Origin: an uncultured Gammaproteobacteria bacterium
Lineage (GTDB): Bacteria > Pseudomonadota > Gammaproteobacteria > UBA9214
Reading direction: 5' to 3'
Length of the DNA: 64,000 bases
Assembly (NCBI GenBank): GCA_963827755.1
Contig: CAWHCQ010000013.1
Coordinates: 32,001 to 96,000 of the forward strand
Positions 9,507 through 20,339 of this stretch are shown here, one piece after another. The position numbers were made by a program, and so were the translations under genes. Each line of letters starts with the position of its first letter. Position 1 is the first letter of the stretch. The notes under the pieces were generated by a model, which saw nothing but the letters and a program-made list of their open reading frames with translations, searched no databases and was not told the origin of the DNA.

Positions 9507-9535
9507 GAAACGGGGCCGCATCGCGGCCCCGTTTC
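9507..9535. terminator. bidirectional intrinsic terminator
   Basis: GAAACGGGGCCGC-ATC-GCGGCCCCGTTTC between convergent genes. Confidence 0.7.
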
Positions 9536-9557
9536 CATATATTCGTACTTCTTTTTT

Positions 9558-9911
9558 TCAGACCATTTCCTTCAGGCCCTTGAGTGCAAGAACCTTGACT
9601 ACATTGCGTGCAGGTTTAGCCTTGAACATCATTTCTTCACCGGTGAACGGATTAATTCCCTTGCGAGCCCTTGTAGCTGGTTTACGCACGACCTTGATTT
9701 TCATCAGGCCCGGGACGGTATAAACACCCGGGCCTCTTTTCAGGTCGCGCTTGATCAGGTCGGCGAGTGTGTCGAACACCAGGCCAACATCTTTTTTCGT
9801 CAAATCGGTTTTTTCGGAAATAAAGGTAAGTGTTTCAGACTTGGTCGTTGGTTTCTTTGCAGCTCTTGCAGTTGTCTTCTTTCTCGCGATCGCTTTTTTC
9901 CTTGCAGCCAT
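9558..9911 (-). CDS. HU-family DNA-binding protein with basic N-terminal tail
   Basis: MAARKK tail; KPATRARKGINPFTGEEMMFKAKPA. Confidence 0.88.
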   Translation of the reverse strand: MAARKKAIARKKTTARAAKKPTTKSETLTFISEKTDLTKKDVGLVFDTLADLIKRDLKRGPGVYTVPGLMKIKVVRKPATRARKGINPFTGEEMMFKAKPARNVVKVLALKGLKEMV

Positions 9912-10803
9912 TCGATAAAGCTCCTCTGGTAAGTATTGGGTGAACAACACGCGTAAGATAGCACAATAAAATAAATGTGAAAGTCTTTTTGAACGCAGGA
10001 AATGCCTTATATAACGGTATTTCATGAGAGCCTTGTTTATGTCATTCATGACATCGGGCGGTGCATGTATCTGCAGGATTTGCCTTCCGGAAACATCGAC
10101 CGGTGCAGGTGGCGACCAACCCGCTGCTGACGAAACTACTATAAATACAGTTATATTAGGTGTTTATCTCCGTCAGCCTGTCTGCCCGGAAAACCGTATT
10201 TCTGCTTATATCATGCAGTTTGGTGATGTCCGTCACGGTTTTCCTTCACATGATTCCTTCTACTGAAAAAGAGTCTTTACACGCGAACCGGCCGCGCTTC
10301 GGCACGCCGGGTGACTTGTAAAAATTTGTTACGTGCAAGGCAGCGGCTGTCATGTGCCGGCATGAGCATCCGGCTCGACCGGTTTTGCCTGCCAGCGGGC
10401 CCGGTCTCTCGCGCTGAAGACTGCATGGCAAGGGCTTTACAAGCACCACTGCAGGCGGCCTGGCCACTGTCGCAGGGCCCTTGCTTGCGGCTATGGCTGC
10501 CCAATTTAACCTGCTGAATTGTATAGTTAAAAACTTTTTCCGGCGTGTGATAGATGCAGTCCGGGAGGTGTTTTGCCGGCATGTACCGGCCAGCCGGCTG
10601 CACATATGCCGGGCCCGGTTGCCCGTTTTTCAGCACAGCTGCACGCTTATCCGGCGGGCCAGCGGACGGTTGCTCATTTTTACCCTTGTATAGATTCAAT
10701 CTTGGCCGCCAGCTGCCGATAAATCGGGGGCGGGAGTATACCTTCACGGGTCACTTTTGGCCGTGAAGACATCAACCATCAACAGCTTACAGGCTGGTCT
10801 GGA

Positions 10804-13800
10804 ATGAGTGCAGAAAAGAAAATCATGGACAGGAAGATTCTGCGGGAGCTGGTGCCGCTGAATACGCTGTCTCAGGCGCGCTTTGATGAGCTCTCGGGAA
10901 AAATCGCGATTCAGGAGGTGCGTGCGGGTCAGTACCTGTTTCGCATCGATGATCGTGATAACCAGGCGGTATTCCTTCTCGATGGTGAAGTCAGTCTGCT
11001 CGATCGTAGCGGTGGGCTTGCAGGCAAGCTTATTGCCGGTTCTGGCCAGGGTCGCTACCCGATAGCCGATGCCCAGCCGCGTGCCCTGTCGGCACGCGCG
11101 GCAAAAAAATGTGTCGTCGCCCGTATCGACGCCGGCCTGCTGGATGCCTTTTTATCCTGGGACCAGTCAAACAATGCCGAAGCAGTTGCCATCGGCGCTG
11201 ACGGGGGTGAAGACTGGATGACGAAAATGCTGCAATCGCAGGCATTTGAAAAGATACCGCCGGCAAAAATACAGAAACTGTTACTGAAGATGGATGCCGT
11301 TCGGCTCAAGGCGGGTGCCAGGGTCATCAGGCAGGGTGAAGACGGTGACTTTTTTTACACCATTCAGAATGGCAGGTGTGCCGTGACCCGCAGGGATACA
11401 CCGCAGGCGGAAGACCGGTTGCTGGCCGAACTCTCCGGGGGTGATTGCTTCGGCGAAGAGGCGCTGGTCTCGAATGTGAAACGCAATGCCACGGTGACCA
11501 TGACAAGCGATGGCGTGCTCATGCGCCTGGCGAAGGAGGATTTCACTGAACTCCTGCAAAAACCGCTGATTCGCTATGTCGACTATGAAAAAGCAGCGGT
11601 AATGGTCGATGAGGGGGCGGTATGGGTGGATGTCAGAACCGTTGAGGAATATGACAAAGGCGCCCTTGAGGACAGTGTAAATATCCCGCTTGCATCGGTA
11701 CGCGGCGAGATCACGGAGCTGGTTTTCAACGTCAGTTACATCATCTGCTGCGAGAATGGTAAAAGCAGTGAAACAGCGGCATTTATCCTCGGTCATAAAG
11801 GTTTTGACGTGTATGTCCTGCAGGGCGGATTACAGGCCGCCCCCGATAGTATTTCCCATGATGCGCTGGACGAGTCACGCAATGAGCCTGCGCCCGTCGA
11901 CCGCGATGATCCGGAACCTGCTGCACAGCCGGTGGTGGAAGCGGTGGAGGTTGCCGGGTCCGGGCAGGAGATCGCGCGCTTGCTTGCCGGAAAGCGCCAG
12001 CTGGAGGCCGACCTGTCCAGGGCGCAACAACAGAAAGCCTCGATCGAACGCGTAGTGGACGAACAGAAGAAGTTGCATGCGCTGGACAAGGAGCAGATTG
12101 CCAGGGCCGTTGATGAGAACAGGTGTTTGAAAGCCGCCTTGCAGGATGAAACCAGGCGCCTGGAAAGCCGCATTGGCAAACTGCAGGACGAGAAACAGGC
12201 GGCGACCGGGGCGCTGGACAGTCAAATACAGGAATGGGTCAGGGAGCGATCCTTTTTCAAATCCGAAAATGACGAAGCCCGGCAGTGTATAGCAGATCTC
12301 CAGAAACAGCTTGAACAGGCCCGGGAGAAAGATAACGGTGACCGTCCGGATCTGCGCAAGGAGCTGGAGGAGCTGATAAGCAGGACAAACAAGAAAATCG
12401 AGAACAAGGAATTCCAGTGCGTTGAGTTGAAACAAGGCCAGTCCAGGTTACAGGCGAACCTGAAGAGCATGCGGGAAGAACGTGACAGTTTGCAGCAGAA
12501 GCTGGGTATGGCAGTCAATGATGCTGCAAAACAGCAACAGGAAACTGATGACCTGAGGGCACAGCTTGAGAGCCTGACCGCCAGTACAGATGAACATGCG
12601 CAGGCATTGCAGCTGCAGTTGGAAACCCTGCGGCTGCAGCATGAAGACACGAAGCGGCATACTGCCGACACGCAAGCGCAGTTCAGTGTTTTAGAGGATG
12701 AGCTGGTCGCGCTGAAGGCGGCTGAAGCCAGGCACAGGCAGGAAGTGCAGGCGGCGGCCGGTGACCTCGAGAGTCAAAAGCAGGAATGGGGCAGGGAACG
12801 GGATTTGCTGGTCTCCGCCAACGAGCAGGCGCAGCAGCGTATTGAGAGGCTGAAAGCGCAGCTTGCAAGCATTAGCGGAGATGCAGATGAACAGCTGCAG
12901 GACGCCCGGCTTCAACTGGAAGCCATGCGGCAACAGCATGAAGAGATGCAGCGGCAGTCCGCCGAGCGACTGGCGCAGCTCGATAGTGTGCAGGATCAAA
13001 TGGCCTCGATGGAAACAGCCATGGCCGGGCTTGAGCAGGAAGCATTGCTGCATGTTCAGCAAAAAGAGGCATTACAGCAGGCGCTTGAACAGCGTGACGT
13101 GCAGGAGCGTTCCATGCAGGCGGAGCACGAGCAACTGCTGTTAAAAGCCAATGATGACCTGACACGCAAGAATGACAGCGAACGGGAACTCCAGGGGCAG
13201 ATTGACCGGTTACGCAAGAAGCTGGAGCAGACGACACTGGAGCTGCAGAATGCACGCGAGGCTGAACAGGCTGACATTGACAGCATTCGGGAAGAATTAC
13301 ACGCGGAACGCAGTGCACGTGCTGCAGAGCGTGTGGAAATGGCAGGACGTCAGCGCGAGCTGAAAGAGCAGCTGGCGGCGGTTGCATCGGAGCATGAGGA
13401 AAACCTTCTGAATCATAGCGATGCTATTGAGCAGGCGCGCTTGCAGCAAATGCGCGAAACGCAGCTGGAAACCGAAAGCCGGTTTGAAGAACTGCAGCAT
13501 GAGCTAGAGCAGGCACATGATGAGATCGCTGTACTCGAGAAGCGTGAAAAGCAGCGGCTTAAAGAGGCGTATGAGCTGTCTGAAGAGCGGCAGCGGCAGA
13601 ACGAGTCTTCCCTCGAACAGTTGCATACCCAGGCAGAGCAATTGCGCCAGGAGCGTGACACCGCTCTCGTGGAGCAGCGCTCCTTGCTTGAGAAGATGAA
13701 CAGCTTGCGTGCCGGTGAGGGCCTGGTACCGGCTGAAGAAGTATCAGCCTTGCGCAGTGAACTCGAGGAGGCCCGAAAGGATGCAGAAGTTTCCGAAGGT

Positions 13801-15225
13801 CTGCGTGCCGAGGCAGAGACGGCATGTACCCGCATGAGGGAAGACATGGACATGCTGCAAAAGCAGGTGGGCAACAATCTGAGCCTGGGCAGGGCCATGA
13901 GTGCAGCTGCACCCGGGCAGAAGCCGCAACAACCCGTTAGCATGGTATCTGACGTTCAGCCGGTAACGGCCCTGCCTGCAGCCACCCTGAAAACACCGTC
14001 TGCTTTGAACGGCCAACAGTCTCGCGGAATCCCCACTGCCGGGGGTCGCAAACGGCTGCGATTGGCCGGGGTTATCAGCCTTGTTGTCATTGTAATGACA
14101 GGCCTGGTTTTCGGGTTGACACCGTTCATCGGCAGACCCGTCGCCGTGATCTCGCAGGCGCTGGATGATGCCAGGGATTTCGCCGGCATGTACATGCCAC
14201 GGGATGACGCAACCGGTACACCGCAAAGAGCAGGCCAGCCGGTCCTGACAACCGGCCAGTCGGGCGGACAGGTCATTGAGCCGGCCGCGCCGGTTGCACA
14301 GGCTGTAGAGGTACAGGCGCCGCCGTCTCCTGTACCACAGTCGCGGACGATTGAACGTCCGCGGGCTATCCTGCCGTCCGCTGCCCGGCAGCAAGGGCAG
14401 GCCACTGCCGGTTCCTCATCGATAGTGGCTGCGCCGGCAATTGCAGCGCCGCAACCCGCCAGCGAACCGGACCCGGTGCGCAAACGTCTGCAGGCGGCCG
14501 GTTCATTCCGGGATAATTTGCAGGATGGCGGCGTTGCACCCTTGATGGTTAAGCTGCCTGCTGCCGGTTTTATGATGGGCAGCAAGGGTAACTCGCTGAA
14601 TATTGACGAGGGGCCGCAGCACAAAGTCAGCCTGTCCCGTTTTGCTATCAGTAAATATGAGGTTACTTTTGCCGACTATGACCGGTTTGCGCGTGCCACC
14701 GGGATGCGTTTGCCGCACGACAATACCTGGGGCCGGGGTGACCATCCGGCCATCAATGTGTCCTGGAACGATGCGCAGGCCTATGTGCGCTGGCTGTCCG
14801 CCCAAACAGGGCATGGTTATCATTTGCCGACAGAAGCGCAGTGGGAATATGCGGCCCGTGCAGATGCGATGACGCCCTATCCCTGGGATGCCGGCGCGGA
14901 GAATGTCCCTGCGAACTGTTTTGATTGCGGCAGTGAATGGGATCACGGCAGGACCACGTCAGTGGGCAATTTCCCGGCCAATCATTTTGGTTTGCATGAT
15001 ATGGGCGGGAATGTCCAGGAATGGACAGAGGACTGTTACCGCGGAAGCTATGATGGCGCACCGGCTGATGGCAGTCCTGTGCTGACATCCGGGTGTACCC
15101 AGCGCGTGGTTCGCGGCGGTGCCTATAGCAGCCCGATGACTTCCCTGCGCAGTACCAGTCGCGGACAATTTGACCAGGATACCCGCCTGGATAATCTCGG
15201 TTTCCGTATCGTTCGCAAATACTGA
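10804..15225 (+). CDS. multidomain protein: two cNMP-binding domains, rhodanese, long coiled coil, TM helix, FGE-sulfatase/SUMF1 domain
   Basis: FGEEALVSNVKRNATV cNMP motif; WVDVRT..EY and CCENG rhodanese; about 650 aa of Q/E/L-rich heptads; LPTEAQWEYAAR, DMGGNVQEW, RGG...GFR FGE motifs. Confidence 0.85.
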   Translation: MSAEKKIMDRKILRELVPLNTLSQARFDELSGKIAIQEVRAGQYLFRIDDRDNQAVFLLDGEVSLLDRSGGLAGKLIAGSGQGRYPIADAQPRALSARAAKKCVVARIDAGLLDAFLSWDQSNNAEAVAIGADGGEDWMTKMLQSQAFEKIPPAKIQKLLLKMDAVRLKAGARVIRQGEDGDFFYTIQNGRCAVTRRDTPQAEDRLLAELSGGDCFGEEALVSNVKRNATVTMTSDGVLMRLAKEDFTELLQKPLIRYVDYEKAAVMVDEGAVWVDVRTVEEYDKGALEDSVNIPLASVRGEITELVFNVSYIICCENGKSSETAAFILGHKGFDVYVLQGGLQAAPDSISHDALDESRNEPAPVDRDDPEPAAQPVVEAVEVAGSGQEIARLLAGKRQLEADLSRAQQQKASIERVVDEQKKLHALDKEQIARAVDENRCLKAALQDETRRLESRIGKLQDEKQAATGALDSQIQEWVRERSFFKSENDEARQCIADLQKQLEQAREKDNGDRPDLRKELEELISRTNKKIENKEFQCVELKQGQSRLQANLKSMREERDSLQQKLGMAVNDAAKQQQETDDLRAQLESLTASTDEHAQALQLQLETLRLQHEDTKRHTADTQAQFSVLEDELVALKAAEARHRQEVQAAAGDLESQKQEWGRERDLLVSANEQAQQRIERLKAQLASISGDADEQLQDARLQLEAMRQQHEEMQRQSAERLAQLDSVQDQMASMETAMAGLEQEALLHVQQKEALQQALEQRDVQERSMQAEHEQLLLKANDDLTRKNDSERELQGQIDRLRKKLEQTTLELQNAREAEQADIDSIREELHAERSARAAERVEMAGRQRELKEQLAAVASEHEENLLNHSDAIEQARLQQMRETQLETESRFEELQHELEQAHDEIAVLEKREKQRLKEAYELSEERQRQNESSLEQLHTQAEQLRQERDTALVEQRSLLEKMNSLRAGEGLVPAEEVSALRSELEEARKDAEVSEGLRAEAETACTRMREDMDMLQKQVGNNLSLGRAMSAAAPGQKPQQPVSMVSDVQPVTALPAATLKTPSALNGQQSRGIPTAGGRKRLRLAGVISLVVIVMTGLVFGLTPFIGRPVAVISQALDDARDFAGMYMPRDDATGTPQRAGQPVLTTGQSGGQVIEPAAPVAQAVEVQAPPSPVPQSRTIERPRAILPSAARQQGQATAGSSSIVAAPAIAAPQPASEPDPVRKRLQAAGSFRDNLQDGGVAPLMVKLPAAGFMMGSKGNSLNIDEGPQHKVSLSRFAISKYEVTFADYDRFARATGMRLPHDNTWGRGDHPAINVSWNDAQAYVRWLSAQTGHGYHLPTEAQWEYAARADAMTPYPWDAGAENVPANCFDCGSEWDHGRTTSVGNFPANHFGLHDMGGNVQEWTEDCYRGSYDGAPADGSPVLTSGCTQRVVRGGAYSSPMTSLRSTSRGQFDQDTRLDNLGFRIVRKY

Positions 15226-15280
15226 CAGTCGCTGACCATCCGGCTGTTGACAAACCCGCGTGTCACCGTAGTCTGCCGGT

Positions 15281-16168
15281 ATGGCGAAACTCCTGGGCAT
15301 CGGCAATGCAACGCTCGACATTATTCACCTGGTCGACAGCTACCCGAAAGAGAACGATGAAGTGCGCACCCGCGAGCGCTATGTGCGCCGCGGCGGTAAT
15401 ACGGCCAATACCCTCGTCGTGCTCAGTCAACTGGGTATCGCCTGCAGCTGGGCGGGCATGCTGGTTGATAATGAAGACGGTGCCCTGATTCGAGATGATC
15501 TGCTGGCGCATGGCATAGACACCGGTCCTTGTCACTATGCCGGGCACGGCAGCGTGCCGGTTTCAACAATCCTTATAAATACCCGCAGTGGTTCGCGTAC
15601 CATCATCCACTACCGTGACCTGGCTGAATATTCAGCACGCTACTTCGAGTCCATAGACCTTGAGCCATTTGACTGGTTGCACTTCGAGGGCCGCAATGTG
15701 GCCGCTACGCGGCTGATGCTGGAGAGGGTGCGCAGACTTCGCCCGCACGTGCCGGTCTCGCTTGAAGTCGAAAAACCGCGCGACGGGGTGGATTCGCTGT
15801 TTTCCTCGGCGGATGTATTGCTGTTCTCCAGGGGCTACGCCGAAGCACTTGGTTATCGCGACCCGTTGTCACTGTTGCATGCCATGCAGCCACGATGTCC
15901 GCAGGCAGTCATGTATTGCAGCTGGGGTGATGCCGGCGCAGCCGCCCTCGACAGGCAGGGAAAGGCAAGCCGGCATGAGGCGATTATTCCGGATAAGGTG
16001 GTCGATACGCTGGGTGCCGGCGATACCTTCAATGCAGGCATCATCAGCGCCTCTCTGGAGCAGCTGGATGCAGCAGCAAGCCTCGCGCGGGCCTGTCAGC
16101 TTGCCGGGAAAAAATGTGGCCAGTCCGGGTTCGATAACCTGGGCGCTGCACCGGGGGATTCCGGGTGA
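15281..16168 (+). CDS. PfkB-family sugar kinase, ketohexokinase-like
   Basis: RRGGNTAN, WLHFEGRN, VEKPR, VVDTLGAGDTFNA, AGKKCG. Confidence 0.85.
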   Translation: MAKLLGIGNATLDIIHLVDSYPKENDEVRTRERYVRRGGNTANTLVVLSQLGIACSWAGMLVDNEDGALIRDDLLAHGIDTGPCHYAGHGSVPVSTILINTRSGSRTIIHYRDLAEYSARYFESIDLEPFDWLHFEGRNVAATRLMLERVRRLRPHVPVSLEVEKPRDGVDSLFSSADVLLFSRGYAEALGYRDPLSLLHAMQPRCPQAVMYCSWGDAGAAALDRQGKASRHEAIIPDKVVDTLGAGDTFNAGIISASLEQLDAAASLARACQLAGKKCGQSGFDNLGAAPGDSG

Positions 16169-16184
16169 GCGGGGTCGTGCCGGA

Positions 16185-16373
16185 TCAGAGTTTCTTCAGT
16201 AGTTCCATGATGTGCTGCCGGGAGCTCTCATCGTGTGTGACAGTTTCGGGTATGTCGCAGACTTCCTGCAGGGCAGGGCCGATCTCCGGGAAATCGGGAG
16301 AATCGGTGACACGGGAGACAGCCGCGGTGCCACGCTGGATCTTGCCGGATGACATGTCAAAAATGATAGCCAT
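16185..16373 (-). CDS. small hypothetical protein (62 aa)
   Basis: AGGAG RBS 7 nt before ATG (MAIIFDMSSGK...). Confidence 0.5.
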   Translation of the reverse strand: MAIIFDMSSGKIQRGTAAVSRVTDSPDFPEIGPALQEVCDIPETVTHDESSRQHIMELLKKL

Positions 16374-16505
16374 GGTGAATCTCCTGCCATTGTCGGCAAA
16401 ATAGCCTGTAAATAGTTTATCGGCCGTTGCAGGGGGATATTGAGCGCGTACGCGCACGCCATATCTCTATGATTTGAGATGATAAATCAGAAAGAAGCGG
16501 GGGAA

Positions 16506-16793
16506 TTAATCGAACTTGTCGAGCGGGTTGATATCGTCGTTGGGGGCAGTCAGTTCAAGGTCGACACCGTAGTCCTCGCGTTCGATATCCAGCGAACCTG
16601 ACCAGTCCTCGGGTGCCTCGATGGGGCGAACTTCCATCTCTTTCCACGAATCAATATCGATTTCCTCGACGGCACCGTCAAAATGCTGGATTTCAAGTGT
16701 CGAATCCTGCTCTTCAGTTGCAACAATTTCAAACTTGTCGCCGTTAATGGACTGGTACCAGTCGCCGATTTGCGGCACTAAATTGTTTGTCAT
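16506..16793 (-). CDS. DUF6763-like acidic protein
   Basis: PQIGDWYQ..GDKFEIVA...IQHFDGAVEEID..SW...PEDWSG; GAGGGG RBS. Confidence 0.75.
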   Translation of the reverse strand: MTNNLVPQIGDWYQSINGDKFEIVATEEQDSTLEIQHFDGAVEEIDIDSWKEMEVRPIEAPEDWSGSLDIEREDYGVDLELTAPNDDINPLDKFD

Positions 16794-17303
16794 CGCGTAC
16801 ATCCCCTCTGAAGTATTAATGCCGGAAAATGCTACCGGCTACTAAAGATTCCCTGATCAGATGTTTTGTGTAGTCAGTTATAAAACTTGAGGGAAAGAAT
16901 GGCAAGCACCGTTTGTATGTCAGTCAGCGGGTTGCCGGGTATGCGTGGCGCACCTCCCGGTCAGGCTTCATGAAGCCGCTGTAATGAATGGTGAGAATGG
17001 TTTCCAGAAAGTGGCCTATCTCACTGCAAATACTCATGAAGATCTGCATGCAGTGCTTGCCGGCAGAACGTGTTGCATCACCGAACGGCTTGTTGTTGAC
17101 AGTAGACCGGGATTAGAAAACGGGAATATGATAATAGAATCAATGGATTGTTTTCATGCCGCTGGCAGCAGGACAGGCGCGTATCGGTCGACAATGGCGT
17201 CAACTGCTGCATGGAAGCGATAGCTGAAAATCCTCTCTTGATGAGGTAAAGTGCGCGTTCTGTTTTTTTACGCACAACCGAATTTTTGAGTGAGGACAAC
17301 AAC

Positions 17304-17978
17304 ATGGCCGATTATCAAATTGCGCCTTCGATCCTGTCGGCAGATTTCGCCCGCCTGGGTGAAGAGGTTACCAACGTTCTGGCAGCCGGTGCGGACATCG
17401 TGCATTTCGATGTAATGGACAACCACTACGTGCCCAACCTGACGATTGGTCCGCTGGTGTGTGAGGCATTGCGTGCCCACGGCGTCACGGCAGATATCGA
17501 TGTACACCTGATGGTGAAGCCGGTGGATCGTATCATTCCCGATTTTGCCAAGGCCGGCGCGACCTATATCACCTTTCATCCCGAGGCCAGTGATCACATC
17601 GACCGTTCCCTTTCGCTGGTGCGCGAGAGCGGTTGCAAATCAGGCCTGGTTTTCAACCCGGCCACACCGCTGGACTATCTGAAACACGTCATCGACAAGG
17701 TCGACATGATATTGCTGATGTCGGTTAACCCCGGTTTTGGCGGGCAGAGTTTTATTCCGGAAGCACTCGTCAAGCTGCGTGAGGCACGCAGGATCATTGA
17801 TGAAAGCGGCCGTGATATTCGTCTTGAAATCGATGGTGGTGTGAAAGTCGACAATATCGGCGAGATCGCCGCGGCCGGTGCCGATACCTTTGTCGCCGGT
17901 TCCGCCATCTTTGGAGCGGGTGACTACAAGACAACCATTGATGCAATGCGTGCGGAAATTGCCAGGGCTGTTGGCTGA
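17304..17978 (+). CDS. rpe: ribulose-phosphate 3-epimerase
   Basis: [38 protein letters not shown]. Confidence 0.97.
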   Translation: MADYQIAPSILSADFARLGEEVTNVLAAGADIVHFDVMDNHYVPNLTIGPLVCEALRAHGVTADIDVHLMVKPVDRIIPDFAKAGATYITFHPEASDHIDRSLSLVRESGCKSGLVFNPATPLDYLKHVIDKVDMILLMSVNPGFGGQSFIPEALVKLREARRIIDESGRDIRLEIDGGVKVDNIGEIAAAGADTFVAGSAIFGAGDYKTTIDAMRAEIARAVG

Positions 17979-17985
17979 GCATTCC

Positions 17986-18660
17986 ATGCACAAGCCGGAA
18001 ATGATCCTGATTGATGTGGACGGCACGCTGGTCGACAGCGTGCCGGACCTGGCCTATTGCGTTGACCGCATGATGGAACAGCTGGGACGCGCCCCCCGGG
18101 GTGAAGACCGGGTGCGCGACTGGGTCGGTAACGGGGTTGAACGACTGGTGCGGCGGGCCCTGGTCGGTGCGCTCGACGGTGAACCGGATGACGCCGATTT
18201 CGAGCGTGCCTACCCGCTGTTCATGGCGCTGTATGCCGAGAATACTTCGAAACGATCATTCCTGTATCCGGGTGTGCGCGAGGGACTGGACCAGCTGAAG
18301 ACGGCCGGTTACCGACTGGGTTGCGTGACCAACAAGGCGGCACAGTTTACCGAGCCGCTGCTGAAGGATCTCGGTGTTTTTGATGATTTTTCAATTGTTA
18401 TCAGTGGTGATACATTAACGAAAAAGAAACCGGATCCGGCGCCGTTGCTGCATGCCGCCGAATTTTTCGGTTGTGATCCGGCGAAGGCCATGATGATCGG
18501 TGACTCGGTGAGTGACGTGGCTGCCGCACGAGCGGCAGGATTCCAGATCATTTGCATGAGTTACGGCTACAATCATGGTGTGGATATCCGTGATGCAAAC
18601 CCGGATGCGGTTGTCGATTCAATGCTGGAGATTTTCCCGCTGCTGGAGCAGGCGGCATAA
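17986..18660 (+). CDS. gph: phosphoglycolate phosphatase
   Basis: DVDGTLVDS HAD motif, KKPDPAP, MIGDS; rpe-gph synteny. Confidence 0.95.
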   Translation: MHKPEMILIDVDGTLVDSVPDLAYCVDRMMEQLGRAPRGEDRVRDWVGNGVERLVRRALVGALDGEPDDADFERAYPLFMALYAENTSKRSFLYPGVREGLDQLKTAGYRLGCVTNKAAQFTEPLLKDLGVFDDFSIVISGDTLTKKKPDPAPLLHAAEFFGCDPAKAMMIGDSVSDVAAARAAGFQIICMSYGYNHGVDIRDANPDAVVDSMLEIFPLLEQAA

Positions 18661-18741
18661 AAGAGCAGATCATGCAATTCACTTGCGAGAACAAAACGGC
18701 AGAGCAAAATTCATGCAGGCGATGGCGACTGTCATTGAGCT

Positions 18742-18800
18742 GTAGGGTCGAATTCATTCGACCAGAATAACGGTTGCCGGCCGAATGAATTCGGCCCTAC
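18742..18800. repeat. inverted REP pair (GTAGGGYCGAATTCATTCGRCC)
   Basis: Copies at 18742-18763 and 18779-18800; same family at 35049-35104. Confidence 0.8.
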
Positions 18801-18849
18801 AAGGGTAATCTACTTTGTGTAACTACCGGATTTCTCAAGGGTGAGTGCA

Positions 18850-20337
18850 ATGACGCCTGAACAATTTCAAGACCTGGCCAGCCAGGGATACAACCGAATA
18901 CCTGTTATGCGCGAGGTGCTTGCTGACCTCGACACGCCCCTGAGCACGTTCATCAAGCTTGCGCAGGGGCCGTATTCCTACCTGTTTGAATCCGTGCATG
19001 GCGGTGACAAGTGGGGCCGCTATTCGATTATCGGTCTGCCGTGTTCCAGTGTTCTGCGTATCAGCGGCCATGCTGTCAGGCTGATGCGCGGGGACGAGTT
19101 GGTCGAGTCCGTCACCACGGACGATCCGCTGGCCTGGATCGAGGAATTCCAGGCACGTTTCCATGCGCCCGAACTGGACGAGCTGCCGCGCTTCAGTGGT
19201 GGCCTGGTGGGCTATTTCGGTTATGACACGGTGCGCTATATCGAGCCGCGGCTGAGTGCATTCAACAAGCCGGATCTGCTCGATTGCCCGGATATCCTGC
19301 TGATGGTGTCCGACGAAGTGCTGGTGTTCGATAACCTGGCCGGCAGCCTGCAACTGATCGTGCATGTCGACCCCGCAGAAGACGATGCCTGGGAACAGGG
19401 GCAGGCGCGGCTTGAGCAGCTTGCCGAACAACTGCGCGCAACGGCCACGGGTTACCACTCTTCCGGTGAAGCCGGGAACCCGGTTGAAGAGTCCGACTTT
19501 GTTTCCGGTTTTACCCGTGAGGGCTTCGAGGCCGCGGTCGATCGCATCAAGCAATACATTGTCGAAGGGGATGCCATGCAGGTGGTCTTGTCGCAGCGCA
19601 TGTCGATTCCGTTCCCGGCACCGCCGCTGGACCTGTACCGCGCCCTGCGCAGACTCAATCCTTCACCCTACATGTACTACCTCGATCTGGGTGATTTTCA
19701 TGTCGTCGGTTCTTCCCCCGAGATACTGGTACACCTGGAGGACAACGTGGTGACGGTCAGGCCGATTGCCGGAACCCGGCCGCGAGGCAGGACCGGGGCC
19801 GAGGACAGGGCGCTGGAAGCGGAGCTGCTGGCCGACCCGAAGGAGCTTGCAGAGCACCTGATGCTGATTGACCTCGGCCGTAATGATGCCGGCCGCGTCA
19901 GCGAAATCGGCAGTGTGGAATTGACCGAGAAGATGGTGATCGAACGCTATTCCCATGTCATGCACATTGTCTCGAACGTCACCGGCAGGGTTCGTGAGGG
20001 TATGAATGCGATCGATGTATTGCGCGCAACATTCCCGGCCGGTACCGTGAGCGGCGCACCGAAAATCCGTGCCATGGAAATTATTGACGAGCTGGAGCCC
20101 GTCAAGCGTGGCGTCTATGCCGGGGCGGTGGGTTACATCTCGTGGTCCGGTAACATGGACACGGCCATTGCGATTCGCACGGCCGTCATCAAGGACGAAA
20201 CCCTGCACATCCAGGCCGGTGCCGGTATCGTTGCTGACTCGGTACCCGCCAATGAATGGGAAGAGACCATGAACAAGGGCCGCGCCATCTTTCGTGCAGT
20301 CGCCATGGCCTGCGGCGGCCTGAAGGGAAGGCACTGA
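18850..20337 (+). CDS. trpE: anthranilate synthase component I
   Basis: [47 protein letters not shown]; alternative GTG start at 18841. Confidence 0.96.
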   Translation: MTPEQFQDLASQGYNRIPVMREVLADLDTPLSTFIKLAQGPYSYLFESVHGGDKWGRYSIIGLPCSSVLRISGHAVRLMRGDELVESVTTDDPLAWIEEFQARFHAPELDELPRFSGGLVGYFGYDTVRYIEPRLSAFNKPDLLDCPDILLMVSDEVLVFDNLAGSLQLIVHVDPAEDDAWEQGQARLEQLAEQLRATATGYHSSGEAGNPVEESDFVSGFTREGFEAAVDRIKQYIVEGDAMQVVLSQRMSIPFPAPPLDLYRALRRLNPSPYMYYLDLGDFHVVGSSPEILVHLEDNVVTVRPIAGTRPRGRTGAEDRALEAELLADPKELAEHLMLIDLGRNDAGRVSEIGSVELTEKMVIERYSHVMHIVSNVTGRVREGMNAIDVLRATFPAGTVSGAPKIRAMEIIDELEPVKRGVYAGAVGYISWSGNMDTAIAIRTAVIKDETLHIQAGAGIVADSVPANEWEETMNKGRAIFRAVAMACGGLKGRH

Positions 20338-20339
20338 AA

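Noticed and set aside
10050-10800. Short ORFs or ncRNA between the HU gene and the 1473-aa gene
   Set aside because: Overlapping ORFs without motifs or RBS; no convincing structure found by eye.
15100-15225. FGE/C-lectin C-terminus as a DGR variable region
   Set aside because: No template repeat differing at adenines and no reverse transcriptase seen in the window; a remote DGR cannot be excluded.
16945-17223. 92-aa ORF and Fur-box-like words upstream of rpe
   Set aside because: No RBS or motif for the ORF; GATAATAGAATCAAT is only a partial Fur match.
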